A stretch of 60,124 bases of DNA, from positions 1 through 60,124 of the IMG/VR virus record IMGVR_UViG_3300033388_004729; one strand, given 5' to 3'. The notes under the pieces were generated by a model. The model was not told the origin of the DNA. It did not search any database and saw nothing but the letters and a program-made list of their open reading frames with translations. The translations under genes and the position numbers were made by a program. Source of the stretch: a virus. Lineage: Duplodnaviria; Caudoviricetes. Positions within the stretch are counted from its first letter, which is position 1; each line of letters starts with the position of its first letter. Shown here piece after piece: positions 39,630 to 49,202 of this stretch.

Positions 39630-39928
39630 ATATGATTCATACCCTCATTGGCTGAATTAACTATTTTCAACAGTTCGATGAAATCAAGCAGTTCTATATT
39701 ATCAACCTCCGACATTTCAACATTTGGGAATGCTCGTTTTAGAGTTTCAAAAAGCATTGCTGTAATCACTTCTTCAGTCCCCACCTTCTGTGCTCGCAGT
39801 ACAGATTTAAAACCGCCATAATTAAAGGAACGGACGGTAAAATTTATACCGTCCCGGAACGAAGGCAGTGAAACATCATAATTAATTATATCATGTGCAT
39901 CGCTGTTACTCGCTTTCTTTGCTGCCAT
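39596..39928 (-). CDS. tail assembly chaperone (gpG-like)
   Basis: 110 aa between tail tube and tape measure. Confidence 0.75.
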   Translation of the reverse strand: MAAKKASNSDAHDIINYDVSLPSFRDGINFTVRSFNYGGFKSVLRAQKVGTEEVITAMLFETLKRAFPNVEMSEVDNIELLDFIELLKIVNSANEGMNHMDFTTPTSTKN

Positions 39929-39940
39929 TATATATCACCC

Positions 39941-40732
39941 TTATGTTGCAGTCCATGCCAATGTAAAGTCTGTGTCGGCATCTTTCATCACGAATGGCAA
40001 GTCACAACGTACAAGGGTATCTGAATCACCAACCGGAAAATTACCACCTGTGAAAAAACAGTTGTTTATAGTCACCGTTGCGTGGTTGCTATCTGCATCT
40101 TCAACTTTGCCTATGATATTAAACACTGTTGCATCGCCTGGTGTCATGGACTTTGTGCCAGTTATACCCTCTATTTTCAGTGTATTATATGTTGATGACC
40201 CCATTTGCAGGTTTGCGGATACATCAACATATTCAGTTGTGGTGAATTGTACCGAACCGTAAACAACCTGAGACGCATCACCGACCGTCATTGCAGCAAA
40301 GTCAATCACTTCAGTAATCCAGTCATCGGATCCATTCGTTCCTTGAAGCACGATACTTCCTGATGTGCTGTCTGCATCTCCAACGGTCAAAGTACATTTC
40401 ACAGATGTCGCAACAGTAGGATTTGTTGAAACGTCATATTCTGCCCGAGTATTACCAGACACATCTTCTGCAGCCATAAGTGTTTCGAGTGTGCTTGTAG
40501 TTAATGTACTGCTATCACCCAGTACATATGAAAGTAACTCCGGTGTTATCAATACTTGTGTGATACTTCCCGAAATATCTAATTTTCCAGGATATTTTTT
40601 ATCACTAACCTTTCCAATTTCACCCGATGCAATCACTGATCGTGTTATATCCAATGAGAAATCAGCAACGGTTATCACATCGCTGCCTATTTTTATTTCA
40701 CCGTCTGCCCCTGTAAAATGTTCAGCTGTCAT
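39941..40732 (-). CDS. major tail (tube) protein
   Basis: FTGADG...FSLDI...PGKLDISGSI; position before chaperone and TMP. Confidence 0.75.
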   Translation of the reverse strand: MTAEHFTGADGEIKIGSDVITVADFSLDITRSVIASGEIGKVSDKKYPGKLDISGSITQVLITPELLSYVLGDSSTLTTSTLETLMAAEDVSGNTRAEYDVSTNPTVATSVKCTLTVGDADSTSGSIVLQGTNGSDDWITEVIDFAAMTVGDASQVVYGSVQFTTTEYVDVSANLQMGSSTYNTLKIEGITGTKSMTPGDATVFNIIGKVEDADSNHATVTINNCFFTGGNFPVGDSDTLVRCDLPFVMKDADTDFTLAWTAT

Positions 40733-40864
40733 GGTAATTACCTATTTATACTCTGTGTAATAGTTTATTGTTGTAACCATTATTTTAATGTGTGTGTGCA
40801 GAATTGCATACTGTTGTATGCATATACGACAACTATATACATACAAAAAACATATAATGTTAGC

Positions 40865-41026
40865 ATGTCACGATCAAATTGTCAGATTCGAGTAGATTGT
40901 AATACCGCAAAACGGATTAAAAACGCTAGCATCACACACGACAGCGATGGTAAATCAACTGAAAGCTACGATTCTATCATTCGTAGAGCGATTAAGTGCC
41001 TAGGTGGTGCCACACATGAAAGATAA
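40865..41026 (+). CDS. small ribbon-helix-helix-like regulator
   Basis: QIRVD..TAKRI....ESYDSIIRRAI. Confidence 0.6.
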   Translation: MSRSNCQIRVDCNTAKRIKNASITHDSDGKSTESYDSIIRRAIKCLGGATHER

Positions 41027-41675
41027 ATCCGCCCGGGATCGGAAGAAATGTGCTGATAAAATACGCAAATCCATTGTTAAATATGAAAATGATAAGATTC
41101 CACTCACAAAAATGGTGAAAGTAATTGAAGATTGTGGAATTGATTCTGAAAACTGGACACTCGATGAACAGCATAAACTAATGAAGTTTATTGACCAAAA
41201 CAAAATGTTTGTACATAGGAGATATGACGATGGTGACAATTCTACTCGATTCAAAGGTTTTACACATAATCCGACCCACACAGCAAAAGGGCGGTTTTTC
41301 CAGAATACAATTAAAAATACTATCCGTAAAGCACTACATCTTGCCGACTGGTATATTGTGAATAAGTATGATAAGGATGCATACGTTTATGATGACCTCC
41401 GGCTCAAAGGCATTGATGATTTTATGAATCAATATATTGATGATAAATTTCAACATGCAGAATATAAACTAGAGATCATGCACCAGGTCAGGCACATATT
41501 CTGTTTTATGATTAAAGAAGATCCATATTATACTTCGGTTGCATATGATTTCTTTAATCAGTTTATTAAGAAATATCCTACTGGTTTCACACTCACTAAA
41601 GAGGAGCAGTATAATTTTGACATGTGGCATACTGGAACATTTGAAGAGATTCAAGAGAAATATAAAAATCGATGA
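41004..41675 (+). CDS. conserved hypothetical protein (paralog of 26593..27216)
   Basis: Shared KGxxFQ, VYDDxRL and FMxKED motifs. Confidence 0.7.
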   Translation: MVPHMKDKSARDRKKCADKIRKSIVKYENDKIPLTKMVKVIEDCGIDSENWTLDEQHKLMKFIDQNKMFVHRRYDDGDNSTRFKGFTHNPTHTAKGRFFQNTIKNTIRKALHLADWYIVNKYDKDAYVYDDLRLKGIDDFMNQYIDDKFQHAEYKLEIMHQVRHIFCFMIKEDPYYTSVAYDFFNQFIKKYPTGFTLTKEEQYNFDMWHTGTFEEIQEKYKNR

Positions 41676-41685
41676 GGTATATTTA

Positions 41686-42168
41686 ATGACAACAGACACA
41701 GAATATGATAATGGAATGTCACACGAAGTATTATCTGTGCGACATTATAAAGCAGGATATGAAGTGCGAACTGAAATATGTACAATTGAATCCGACCCAA
41801 GTATGCCAGTGACTATGAAATCTGCTTATAATAAGAATGGAGATTACATCGGCAATTCAAAAGCTGCATATCAAATCTGCCAAACACGCGGTATAATGCC
41901 CGAACCAATGAATGACAAAAGCCATATATGTTCAATTGGATTCTGTGAGAATGAACATAAATGGTACGGCTGGTCACATCGTGCAATGTATGGTTTTGGA
42001 ATTGGAGATATAGTAAAAGAAGGTGATTGCACAAATTCGTCAGGGTATATTGAGGAATATATTGATCAACATCCAGAATGTGATTTGAGTTTGCCTATAG
42101 GGTTTGAAGCGAAAACACTTAATGATGCAAAAAGAATGGCAATTGCGTTTGCCGATTCGGTAGGGTAA
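41686..42168 (+). CDS. conserved viral hypothetical protein
   Basis: CSIGF..E.KWYGWSHRA.YGF.IG...AK.MA..FA.SV; start at MTTDT after GAGG. Confidence 0.65.
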   Translation: MTTDTEYDNGMSHEVLSVRHYKAGYEVRTEICTIESDPSMPVTMKSAYNKNGDYIGNSKAAYQICQTRGIMPEPMNDKSHICSIGFCENEHKWYGWSHRAMYGFGIGDIVKEGDCTNSSGYIEEYIDQHPECDLSLPIGFEAKTLNDAKRMAIAFADSVG

Positions 42169-42169
42169 A

Positions 42170-42370
42170 ATGGCCACAACTGAAGATGTCCGCGATTGTG
42201 GTGTGCCGTTTTATGGGCACTCTGTTGATACCAATGGGCTGGTTTCAGGATATGCATTACAATCGGGTGAGCCGCACACATCCAGTTGGATGCGCATGTG
42301 GATTGAAAATGAAACGGGTAAATTTGAAGTTATAATAGACACTGTAGGCATTGGTACAGCTGGTTTATGA
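42170..42370 (+). CDS. hypothetical protein
   Basis: 66 aa in plus-strand run. Confidence 0.5.
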   Translation: MATTEDVRDCGVPFYGHSVDTNGLVSGYALQSGEPHTSSWMRMWIENETGKFEVIIDTVGIGTAGL

Positions 42371-42389
42371 TAACAGGAGATGAAAGTTT

Positions 42390-42644
42390 ATGTTATTTGT
42401 TATAAGAAGAGCAAGTGAAAAACATGTTAATCCGTGTGCATATGCTATACAAAAATCATTCACATTAAAAAACAGATTTACAAATACAAGTCGCGTTCAT
42501 AAAGTATTGGATTGGGCTGTGATATTACATGACTTAGATGATTTAATGCAGTTGCGATATAGATGTGGTGCATTAATCATAACAGAATCACCATACGTTG
42601 AGGCACTGGGAGTTATCACAATAGATGATGTTTTCAAAGAATAA
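42390..42644 (+). CDS. hypothetical protein
   Basis: 84 aa, GGAG RBS. Confidence 0.55.
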   Translation: MLFVIRRASEKHVNPCAYAIQKSFTLKNRFTNTSRVHKVLDWAVILHDLDDLMQLRYRCGALIITESPYVEALGVITIDDVFKE

Positions 42645-42677
42645 AATGGCCACCAACGACTTACAAAATTATTTAAA

Positions 42678-43439
42678 ATGACCACAATTGAAAAACTCGA
42701 AACTCAGAATACCCGGGCAATCCGGCGGATATTACGCCGGTTTATGGGTGGAGTGGACGCATTATATTTTTCACCATCCTTTGACAGACTGCTCAAGAAG
42801 TTCTCTAAAAAATACACACCTGATGCCAAAAAAATAGTCCTGAAATCATATAAAGAAGGACACGTTGATGGCGGCAGGCAGATTAGACGGCACCTCGTGG
42901 CTGCAGCTAACCCGCATGAGGGCGTTGAAGACCCGCTCATATCAAAGTACACCGTAGCACTCATCAAATCATTGTCGATGATATTGGCCTCACAGAAGGA
43001 AGCAATGATTGTAGATTTGCAGTCATGGTATGCGGCCGGCTGGACATATGATCATATCAGTGCGGGACTCACATCATATTTCGATGATAATCCAGTTTCT
43101 GCAAATAAAATGGCGCGGACTATTACCAACGATGTTTTCAATCGAGCGACAGAACAGAGATATAAAGATTCTGGGGTTGTTGACGGTATAGAATTTGCCG
43201 CACATATCGATGCACGAACAAGTCAGATATGTCAGATGTTGGATGGGACTATATGGGCGCTGGACGACCCAGGGATTCGTAGACCGCCACAGCATTTCAA
43301 CTGCCGATCAAGATTAAAACCGTACTTCGGCACAGTCCCAGGTGCCCGAGATTATACGAAAGATTTCCCACCCGCGTTCATCGAAGAGGCAGAAGAAACA
43401 GCCACGGTTTTCAAAACCAAATACTGGGATGTAGATTAA
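42678..43439 (+). CDS. phage head morphogenesis protein (SPP1 gp7 / MuF family)
   Basis: MART...FN, D.RTS.IC..LDG, PPQHFNCRS. Confidence 0.9.
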   Translation: MTTIEKLETQNTRAIRRILRRFMGGVDALYFSPSFDRLLKKFSKKYTPDAKKIVLKSYKEGHVDGGRQIRRHLVAAANPHEGVEDPLISKYTVALIKSLSMILASQKEAMIVDLQSWYAAGWTYDHISAGLTSYFDDNPVSANKMARTITNDVFNRATEQRYKDSGVVDGIEFAAHIDARTSQICQMLDGTIWALDDPGIRRPPQHFNCRSRLKPYFGTVPGARDYTKDFPPAFIEEAEETATVFKTKYWDVD

Positions 43440-43440
43440 T

Positions 43441-43683
43441 ATGAGTGAAAATATAAATACGGTGATTTGTACAGTTTCAACAAACAATTGGTTTACGGAA
43501 CCCACCGGATTTATGACCCCAGAAGAAATAGTGCAAGACTTAAAAAAGTTTGAAATTAAATATAATATGAGTTCATCGGCTTTTTATGAAAGATGGAAGA
43601 AACGAGATGCAAATGACATATCTGATAGTATAGAATGGACAATACTTTATACAACTTTATTAAATTATTTTAATGAGGATTAA
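43441..43683 (+). CDS. hypothetical protein
   Basis: L.KFE.KY.MSS..FY..W pattern seen in small antitoxin-like proteins. Confidence 0.5.
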   Translation: MSENINTVICTVSTNNWFTEPTGFMTPEEIVQDLKKFEIKYNMSSSAFYERWKKRDANDISDSIEWTILYTTLLNYFNED

Positions 43684-43684
43684 T

Positions 43685-43876
43685 ATGACCAAACGAAAAT
43701 ATTGTATAAACTGTGAGCAGTATGTTACAAAGACGAGGGGAATGCAACTGAGTATTTTAGTACTATTCTTATTATTCTTTATAGTACCTGGAATATTCTA
43801 TTTCTTTTTTATGTTGGGGAAAGGTGGAATGTGCCCGCTATGTGGTAGTAAAAATTGGGGCAAACCGGACAAATAA
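43685..43876 (+). CDS. Zn-ribbon membrane protein (LITAF-like)
   Basis: CINC - hydrophobic hairpin - CPLCG. Confidence 0.6.
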   Translation: MTKRKYCINCEQYVTKTRGMQLSILVLFLLFFIVPGIFYFFFMLGKGGMCPLCGSKNWGKPDK

Positions 43877-43894
43877 TAGAATAGTAAACTATAT

Positions 43895-44341
43895 TTAATC
43901 CTTTACATCTCTAAAATCGGTAATCCACTTTGTACCATCCCATATTTGGCCAACATTCATCAACTCTACCAACTCATCGACGGTATAATTCCATTTTGTT
44001 GCAAATTGTCCTAAACCCCGATAATACCAGTCACTGTCTATGGACACCTCAACGAGAATATATCCAGATTTTGAAATTGACAGTTTATATTCAAGACCAT
44101 TGAGAGGGGACACATATATTTTTGAATCTCCAAATGTAAGCTCACCATCCAGCTTCTCTGTACGTTTTATGTCTCGCACTTTGTAAAAATGATATGCAAT
44201 TATCAAGCTTGCCATTTCACCCTCGGTGGGACATTCTAGTTTTTTTGCATCAACTGGCTCTCCCGATTCTGCTCCCATCTTTTGAGCTACGTATTCGCTC
44301 ATTTCTTTGTATGATATTTTTTTGTTATCCATTTCTACCAC
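43895..44341 (-). CDS. hypothetical protein
   Basis: 148-aa ORF. Confidence 0.55.
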   Translation of the reverse strand: MVEMDNKKISYKEMSEYVAQKMGAESGEPVDAKKLECPTEGEMASLIIAYHFYKVRDIKRTEKLDGELTFGDSKIYVSPLNGLEYKLSISKSGYILVEVSIDSDWYYRGLGQFATKWNYTVDELVELMNVGQIWDGTKWITDFRDVKD

Positions 44342-44437
44342 CTAATTTAATATAAACGCAAAACTAATAGCTGTTGCGATTAATATCGCAGACCAACATC
44401 CACTAAAACAAGGATTGAAACTTCATAATACCCATAT

Positions 44438-44551
44438 TCATGTCTCCCTTTCCAACTTCTCTTCAATCGCTTCCTTAATAAATTTTTGTTTGTCGTTACC
44501 AGTTGAAATGACCTTCGCTATTACTTCATCAGGGACATAGATTGTTGCCAT
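44438..44551 (-). CDS. 37-aa ribbon-helix-helix regulator
   Basis: MATIYVPDEV....FIKEAIEEKL. Confidence 0.6.
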   Translation of the reverse strand: MATIYVPDEVIAKVISTGNDKQKFIKEAIEEKLERET

Positions 44552-44552
44552 A

Positions 44553-44580
44553 ATAATATTAATATTAGTATTAATATTAT
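44553..44580. promoter_or_regulatory. 12-bp perfect inverted repeat (putative operator)
   Basis: ATAATATTAATA-ttag-TATTAATATTAT directly upstream of the leaderless RHH gene. Confidence 0.5.
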
Positions 44581-44815
44581 ATATGTGTTGTGGTTACTAA
44601 AAGGGATAATCGTTACTCAGTAAAATAATTATATCCTTTGTGCTCTTCGGTAGTGTCATCATCGTCTAGAAGTTCAAATGGTAAGAAATATAACTCCGGT
44701 ACACCACTACAATCTATCTGACTCAGATATGGGTTCTTAAATTTATATGCTTCTTCGATATTCTCCCAAAAATAATCTACAAATTCCAAATACCATTTTT
44801 TTATTGTATCAAACA

Positions 44816-45256
44816 TCATATCAACTTATATAATATATGTACTTCAAACCGCATCCGGGATATTTTCTCTTCCAGGTCTGATAAATTTATTGCCTGTTTC
44901 GTAGATAATACTTTCAGTCCGTTATCAATTAATGCCGCATCAAACGACTGCTTAAACCAAACCAGCAGTTCCCGGGCAATATGTTTTGCAATCCTAATAC
45001 CCTGGATTCCATTGACATGATCCATATATGAATATATATCAACAGATAATACGGCATAGTCTCTTTCTTCCCGCACACCGACAGAACTTTCCATTAAAAC
45101 AGGGTCGATAATATAATTGAGTGTAATCACCGGACTAGCAATCACACCATCCCAGCTGTCAGAATCTGTTACAAATGCAGTATAACTATTTCCACCGATT
45201 GTATATGATTTCTCAATATTTGTGAATACTGCTAAAGTTTGTGTTTCTGTTAGCAT
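44816..45256 (-). CDS. putative tail terminator/completion protein
   Basis: 146 aa; PVITL...LSVDIY...R.RFEV.I.Y; follows neck genes. Confidence 0.6.
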   Translation of the reverse strand: MLTETQTLAVFTNIEKSYTIGGNSYTAFVTDSDSWDGVIASPVITLNYIIDPVLMESSVGVREERDYAVLSVDIYSYMDHVNGIQGIRIAKHIARELLVWFKQSFDAALIDNGLKVLSTKQAINLSDLEEKISRMRFEVHILYKLI

Positions 45257-45709
45257 TCAATCCAACCCCTTGAATTTATTATCAATCATAAATACCTTAA
45301 ACTCATCATAAGTATATGGTGTGCCTATTTCACTGTGGAGATAATGCCGCATGTGAGCTATCAGTCTGTTAATATTCCAAAATGCATCTGGATACTCGAT
45401 ATCGACGGCATCAACAAGATCAACCAGTATAATATCCGGATCACCACGAACCGTAATAACCATAAAGTGAAGAATCGGCTGGACATCCTCGCCATCAAGT
45501 TCGTAATAATTCATGGGATTAGTTGAAAATATAATATCTTCTTTCATGGATTCGATTTTCAAGTCAATCGAAGCCTCGCTTGGAAGTGTGCCATCTACGA
45601 TAAATGATTTAGTATATTGTACATTTGTGGATGTATCTTCAAACCGCGCTTGAATTCTCACACCTGGTAATAACTCTTCACGTGATAGTTCAAAATATTC
45701 AACAGTCAT
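45257..45709 (-). CDS. hypothetical protein
   Basis: 150 aa inside the neck cluster. Confidence 0.6.
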   Translation of the reverse strand: MTVEYFELSREELLPGVRIQARFEDTSTNVQYTKSFIVDGTLPSEASIDLKIESMKEDIIFSTNPMNYYELDGEDVQPILHFMVITVRGDPDIILVDLVDAVDIEYPDAFWNINRLIAHMRHYLHSEIGTPYTYDEFKVFMIDNKFKGLD

Positions 45710-46137
45710 ATCTTACCTTTTTTGACAGCATCCTTAATCCAATCAATCGCATCTTTACGAACATCATCTTTATTCTCTTCGAACACTGGTCGAAGTAACG
45801 GGCGCGCTGGTATTTTAGATGTGCCATATTCAAGCCGCATCGCCCGATCAGCTAATTCCCCTCCATCCACCCAGCCAGAGCGCACATGGTCCCCCTCTAC
45901 TTTAAATTTAATTGCACCCTCTGTTGCAGCTGTGTGATACCACTGCTTACCATGACCTTTAAATTCAGCCCATTCCTGGGATAGTGGCGCCCATTCACCG
46001 CGACCATGTTGTATCCCCTCAACCAGTTTACCCTCGAACCGAACACCAATTGAATTTAATAGTTTTTTCTGTTGTGATGTAGATAATCCATCGATGACCT
46101 TCGGAATATTATTCTTTATAGAAACTGTCTTAGTCAC
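45706..46137 (-). CDS. neck/tail-completion protein (HK97 gp10 / virion morphogenesis family)
   Basis: WAPLS...LEYGTSKIPARPLLRP. Confidence 0.85.
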   Translation of the reverse strand: MTKTVSIKNNIPKVIDGLSTSQQKKLLNSIGVRFEGKLVEGIQHGRGEWAPLSQEWAEFKGHGKQWYHTAATEGAIKFKVEGDHVRSGWVDGGELADRAMRLEYGTSKIPARPLLRPVFEENKDDVRKDAIDWIKDAVKKGKI

Positions 46138-46547
46138 CGCTCTTCCCTCCGAACTAAGAAATAATTACGTCCCCATGGTGTAAGTTTCTTAGCTTCGGTC
46201 AGCATCTTATTCCATGCAACTATGCGCCAGTAAGATTTAGTGTCTCCATCGGTATCATCGTAAACTTCTAAAATATCTTCAACTGCAATATCACAATCAC
46301 AATGACATGCAAAATATAAATCCCCCGTCTGGAACTTACCACCCATCATATTTTCAATAGTCTCAATTGTCATCCGAAGTTTTAAGTCGCCGATGCCGAG
46401 ATATCCGACGACTGCGACTGAGGAAGTAGTTTCAGCGGTCCATTCCCCTGTGGACTGGTTAGTTGCGCCTCCTGCTGTAACTCTTATTCGATTCACAGTA
46501 TATGGATAATTAGAGATTGTGAACGGTGTCCAGTCGTCGCAGGCCAT
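46134..46547 (-). CDS. putative head closure protein
   Basis: 137 aa beta-rich; position before the gp10-like gene. Confidence 0.55.
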   Translation of the reverse strand: MACDDWTPFTISNYPYTVNRIRVTAGGATNQSTGEWTAETTSSVAVVGYLGIGDLKLRMTIETIENMMGGKFQTGDLYFACHCDCDIAVEDILEVYDDTDGDTKSYWRIVAWNKMLTEAKKLTPWGRNYFLVRREER

Positions 46548-46779
46548 GGATAGTAATTATCCCCACCGTTTAAATGTTTTTGTATTATCATACCATTCTG
46601 TATATGAAATTGTGTGGTGTCTTATTATTGCATGCCGTGCTGTAAAAGTTATCCATTACTTTATCGGCAGCCACAGATAGTATTTTTAGCTTATTTTGAT
46701 TATGGTTTATTTCTGCTATGGTGGGGCGATAGACCGATTTCGTTTTCCAAATATATAATCTAATATTTGACACATAATC

Positions 46780-48078
46780 TTATCCACAATTCATGGTTTT
46801 TATATATTCAATTGCTTCTGTTCTTGATGTTATTATCCTATCAAGTTGAAGATTTTCTACTTTGGTTATGATTTTAGATATTATTGGACCGGGCGGAATC
46901 CCCAATGCCATAACATCGTGCCCTGTTATCAATCGCTCGTTTGTTCCTTTTATTTCGGCGTGTGTGCAAGAGTTTATATATTCTAATATTTTAGTTGGCA
47001 ATGTAGTTTTTACCATACTGTCCGCTTTCAACAATTCTAATAATTCATAGAACAACGGCTCCTGAATCAAACGTATCTTTTTTGCATTTCTTAATTCATC
47101 AAATCTATGGATTATCATGTGGTTTGCTACCAACCACGAAACATTACTTACAACACTTTTCTGGAATTTCAGTCTTTTTAATATTTCATTGGCCATTTTG
47201 CACCCCACTACTTCATGTCCACTAAAATGATAATTGTCCCATGTGGGTGGCTTGCCAACATCATGAAGCAAGGTTGCTAATCTAAGCTCCAATGACGCTT
47301 CTTTAGGCAATGATGATAAAGCAATCAATGTGTGTTCATATATGTCCTTTTCTGGATGATATTTGTGCGAACCCGCTTTAAGATTCTTCATTGCTTCTAT
47401 TTCAGGAATTATTTTATATAACAATCCTGTTTTATCAAGAAGTTCAAAACCACGAATATTATACTCGGACATTAATATTTTTACAAACTCGTTGCGTATC
47501 CTTTCATTAGATATTCTAGCAAGGTTTTGTGTTTGTATTTCATCCAATACACGTTTTTTTATCTTGAAATCAAGAACAGTTGCAAGGCGTACTGCCCTAA
47601 CGATTCTTAATTTATCCTCATCAAATCGCAACTTTGGATCCCCTACGGTATCGATCCAACCATATTTAATATCCTCTTCACCACCAAACATATCAATTAA
47701 TATCATTTTAGAATTCATTGCCATTGCATTAATTTTAAAGTCGCGTCTTGACAAATCTTCTTTTATATTATCTGAAAATACTACATCACAATGCCTGCCA
47801 TCACAATTTATATCCCTTCTATATGTCGTTATTTCAAAACACTTATTTTCAATCACAACTGTAACAGTTCCATGCGATACCCCTGTAGGAATGACTTTAT
47901 CAAACAATTTCATAACCATTCCAGGTCGTGCGTTTGTTGCAAAATCAAAATCGGTTGGTGGTTTATTTAGCAATAAATCCCGAACTGCTCCACCAACCAA
48001 AAAACATTCAAATCCTGCATGTTCAAGTGTTGTAAATATATGCTTTATATTCCTATCTACAAGACACATACAAATCAT
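46780..48078 (-). CDS. class II CCA tRNA nucleotidyltransferase / poly(A) polymerase with HD domain
   Basis: LVGGAVRD, DFDFAT, EITTYR, DLSRRDFKINAM, RFDEDKLR, ISNERI..E, H...LLHDVGK. Confidence 0.9.
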   Translation of the reverse strand: MICMCLVDRNIKHIFTTLEHAGFECFLVGGAVRDLLLNKPPTDFDFATNARPGMVMKLFDKVIPTGVSHGTVTVVIENKCFEITTYRRDINCDGRHCDVVFSDNIKEDLSRRDFKINAMAMNSKMILIDMFGGEEDIKYGWIDTVGDPKLRFDEDKLRIVRAVRLATVLDFKIKKRVLDEIQTQNLARISNERIRNEFVKILMSEYNIRGFELLDKTGLLYKIIPEIEAMKNLKAGSHKYHPEKDIYEHTLIALSSLPKEASLELRLATLLHDVGKPPTWDNYHFSGHEVVGCKMANEILKRLKFQKSVVSNVSWLVANHMIIHRFDELRNAKKIRLIQEPLFYELLELLKADSMVKTTLPTKILEYINSCTHAEIKGTNERLITGHDVMALGIPPGPIISKIITKVENLQLDRIITSRTEAIEYIKTMNCG

Positions 48079-48093
48079 AAAATCCCTCCATAT

Positions 48094-48513
48094 TTAACAT
48101 TTATAACCCTCTTTGTAATATTTTTCCTTTTTATTCAAATATACCTTTAAGTACACTTTATTTAACATGAATTTATATATTTTCCAATGAATGAATCGTA
48201 GGTTTTTATTCCAGAAAGTTTTACAGTTTGTTACAATTATATCATTTCCATCTTCGTGTAGTGGAATTTTTGTTATAAATGATTTCTGTTTTGCAAAATA
48301 ACCTCCATCAATTTTAGAATTATATCTTTTATCACAAAACAAATATTTATTTGAAATACCGATAACTCGCCCCAATCTTTCTTGATAAAATGCAACTTCA
48401 ACCCTAGAATTATCTTTTAAAAATTTTCCTGCCACGTTCCCACATTTACAGTGTTTGAACTGTCCCCGGAGTTGTATAACATCTTTGCATACTTTACAAT
48501 ATATTAATTTCAT
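48094..48513 (-). CDS. Cys-rich hypothetical protein
   Basis: CKVCKD...CKCG. Confidence 0.55.
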   Translation of the reverse strand: MKLIYCKVCKDVIQLRGQFKHCKCGNVAGKFLKDNSRVEVAFYQERLGRVIGISNKYLFCDKRYNSKIDGGYFAKQKSFITKIPLHEDGNDIIVTNCKTFWNKNLRFIHWKIYKFMLNKVYLKVYLNKKEKYYKEGYKC

Positions 48514-48538
48514 TATATAATCACCTGATAATAATCAT

Positions 48539-48793
48539 TTATTTGCTCATTCCCCGCCGTAACAATTTCAAATGCAATCTAATTATATCTTGCTCATTGG
48601 TTTGTTTATATCGATATCTATATTCTGAATATATATCACATGCCTTACTATTCAATAACCATGAACGAAGACTATCTGCACTTACTTTGTATTTCTCAGT
48701 AAGATTATCCATGTTTCTTTCGATTAGCCCGCCATGCATATAAATATCATATATTATCGTTTCAAGTGTGGCATTGTCTACTGATTTGCTCAT
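48539..48793 (-). CDS. hypothetical protein
   Basis: 84 aa, GGTGA RBS. Confidence 0.5.
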   Translation of the reverse strand: MSKSVDNATLETIIYDIYMHGGLIERNMDNLTEKYKVSADSLRSWLLNSKACDIYSEYRYRYKQTNEQDIIRLHLKLLRRGMSK

Positions 48794-49202
48794 AAATCAC
48801 CAATTCACGTTGTCCACCCAGCGCCCCCGGATTATCAAATAATCAATCTTTGTGGGCATATCATGTTCGATAGTAATTTTCTGAATGTATCGATTTAATT
48901 TATTCTATGAATTTAACATTTCTGTTATCTGTGCGCCTATGTCCTCAAAGCTATCGTGCCAGATTGGCTTAGCCACTTCAATTGATTTATATATACAATG
49001 TTCTGTGTTTTTCATCATGGAAACCTCCAGCAATTCGGACTGATATATCCTTTTAATCTTTTCTTAGGACACGAAGCACCCAAATCGGCCCTTTTATCAT
49101 AAACACTACATGACACATTCCCAGGTTCGATATATAAATATATACACACCATGTGCTTTAATACGCTTTAAACATATATATTACTATCGACCAAGTGTAT
49201 TA

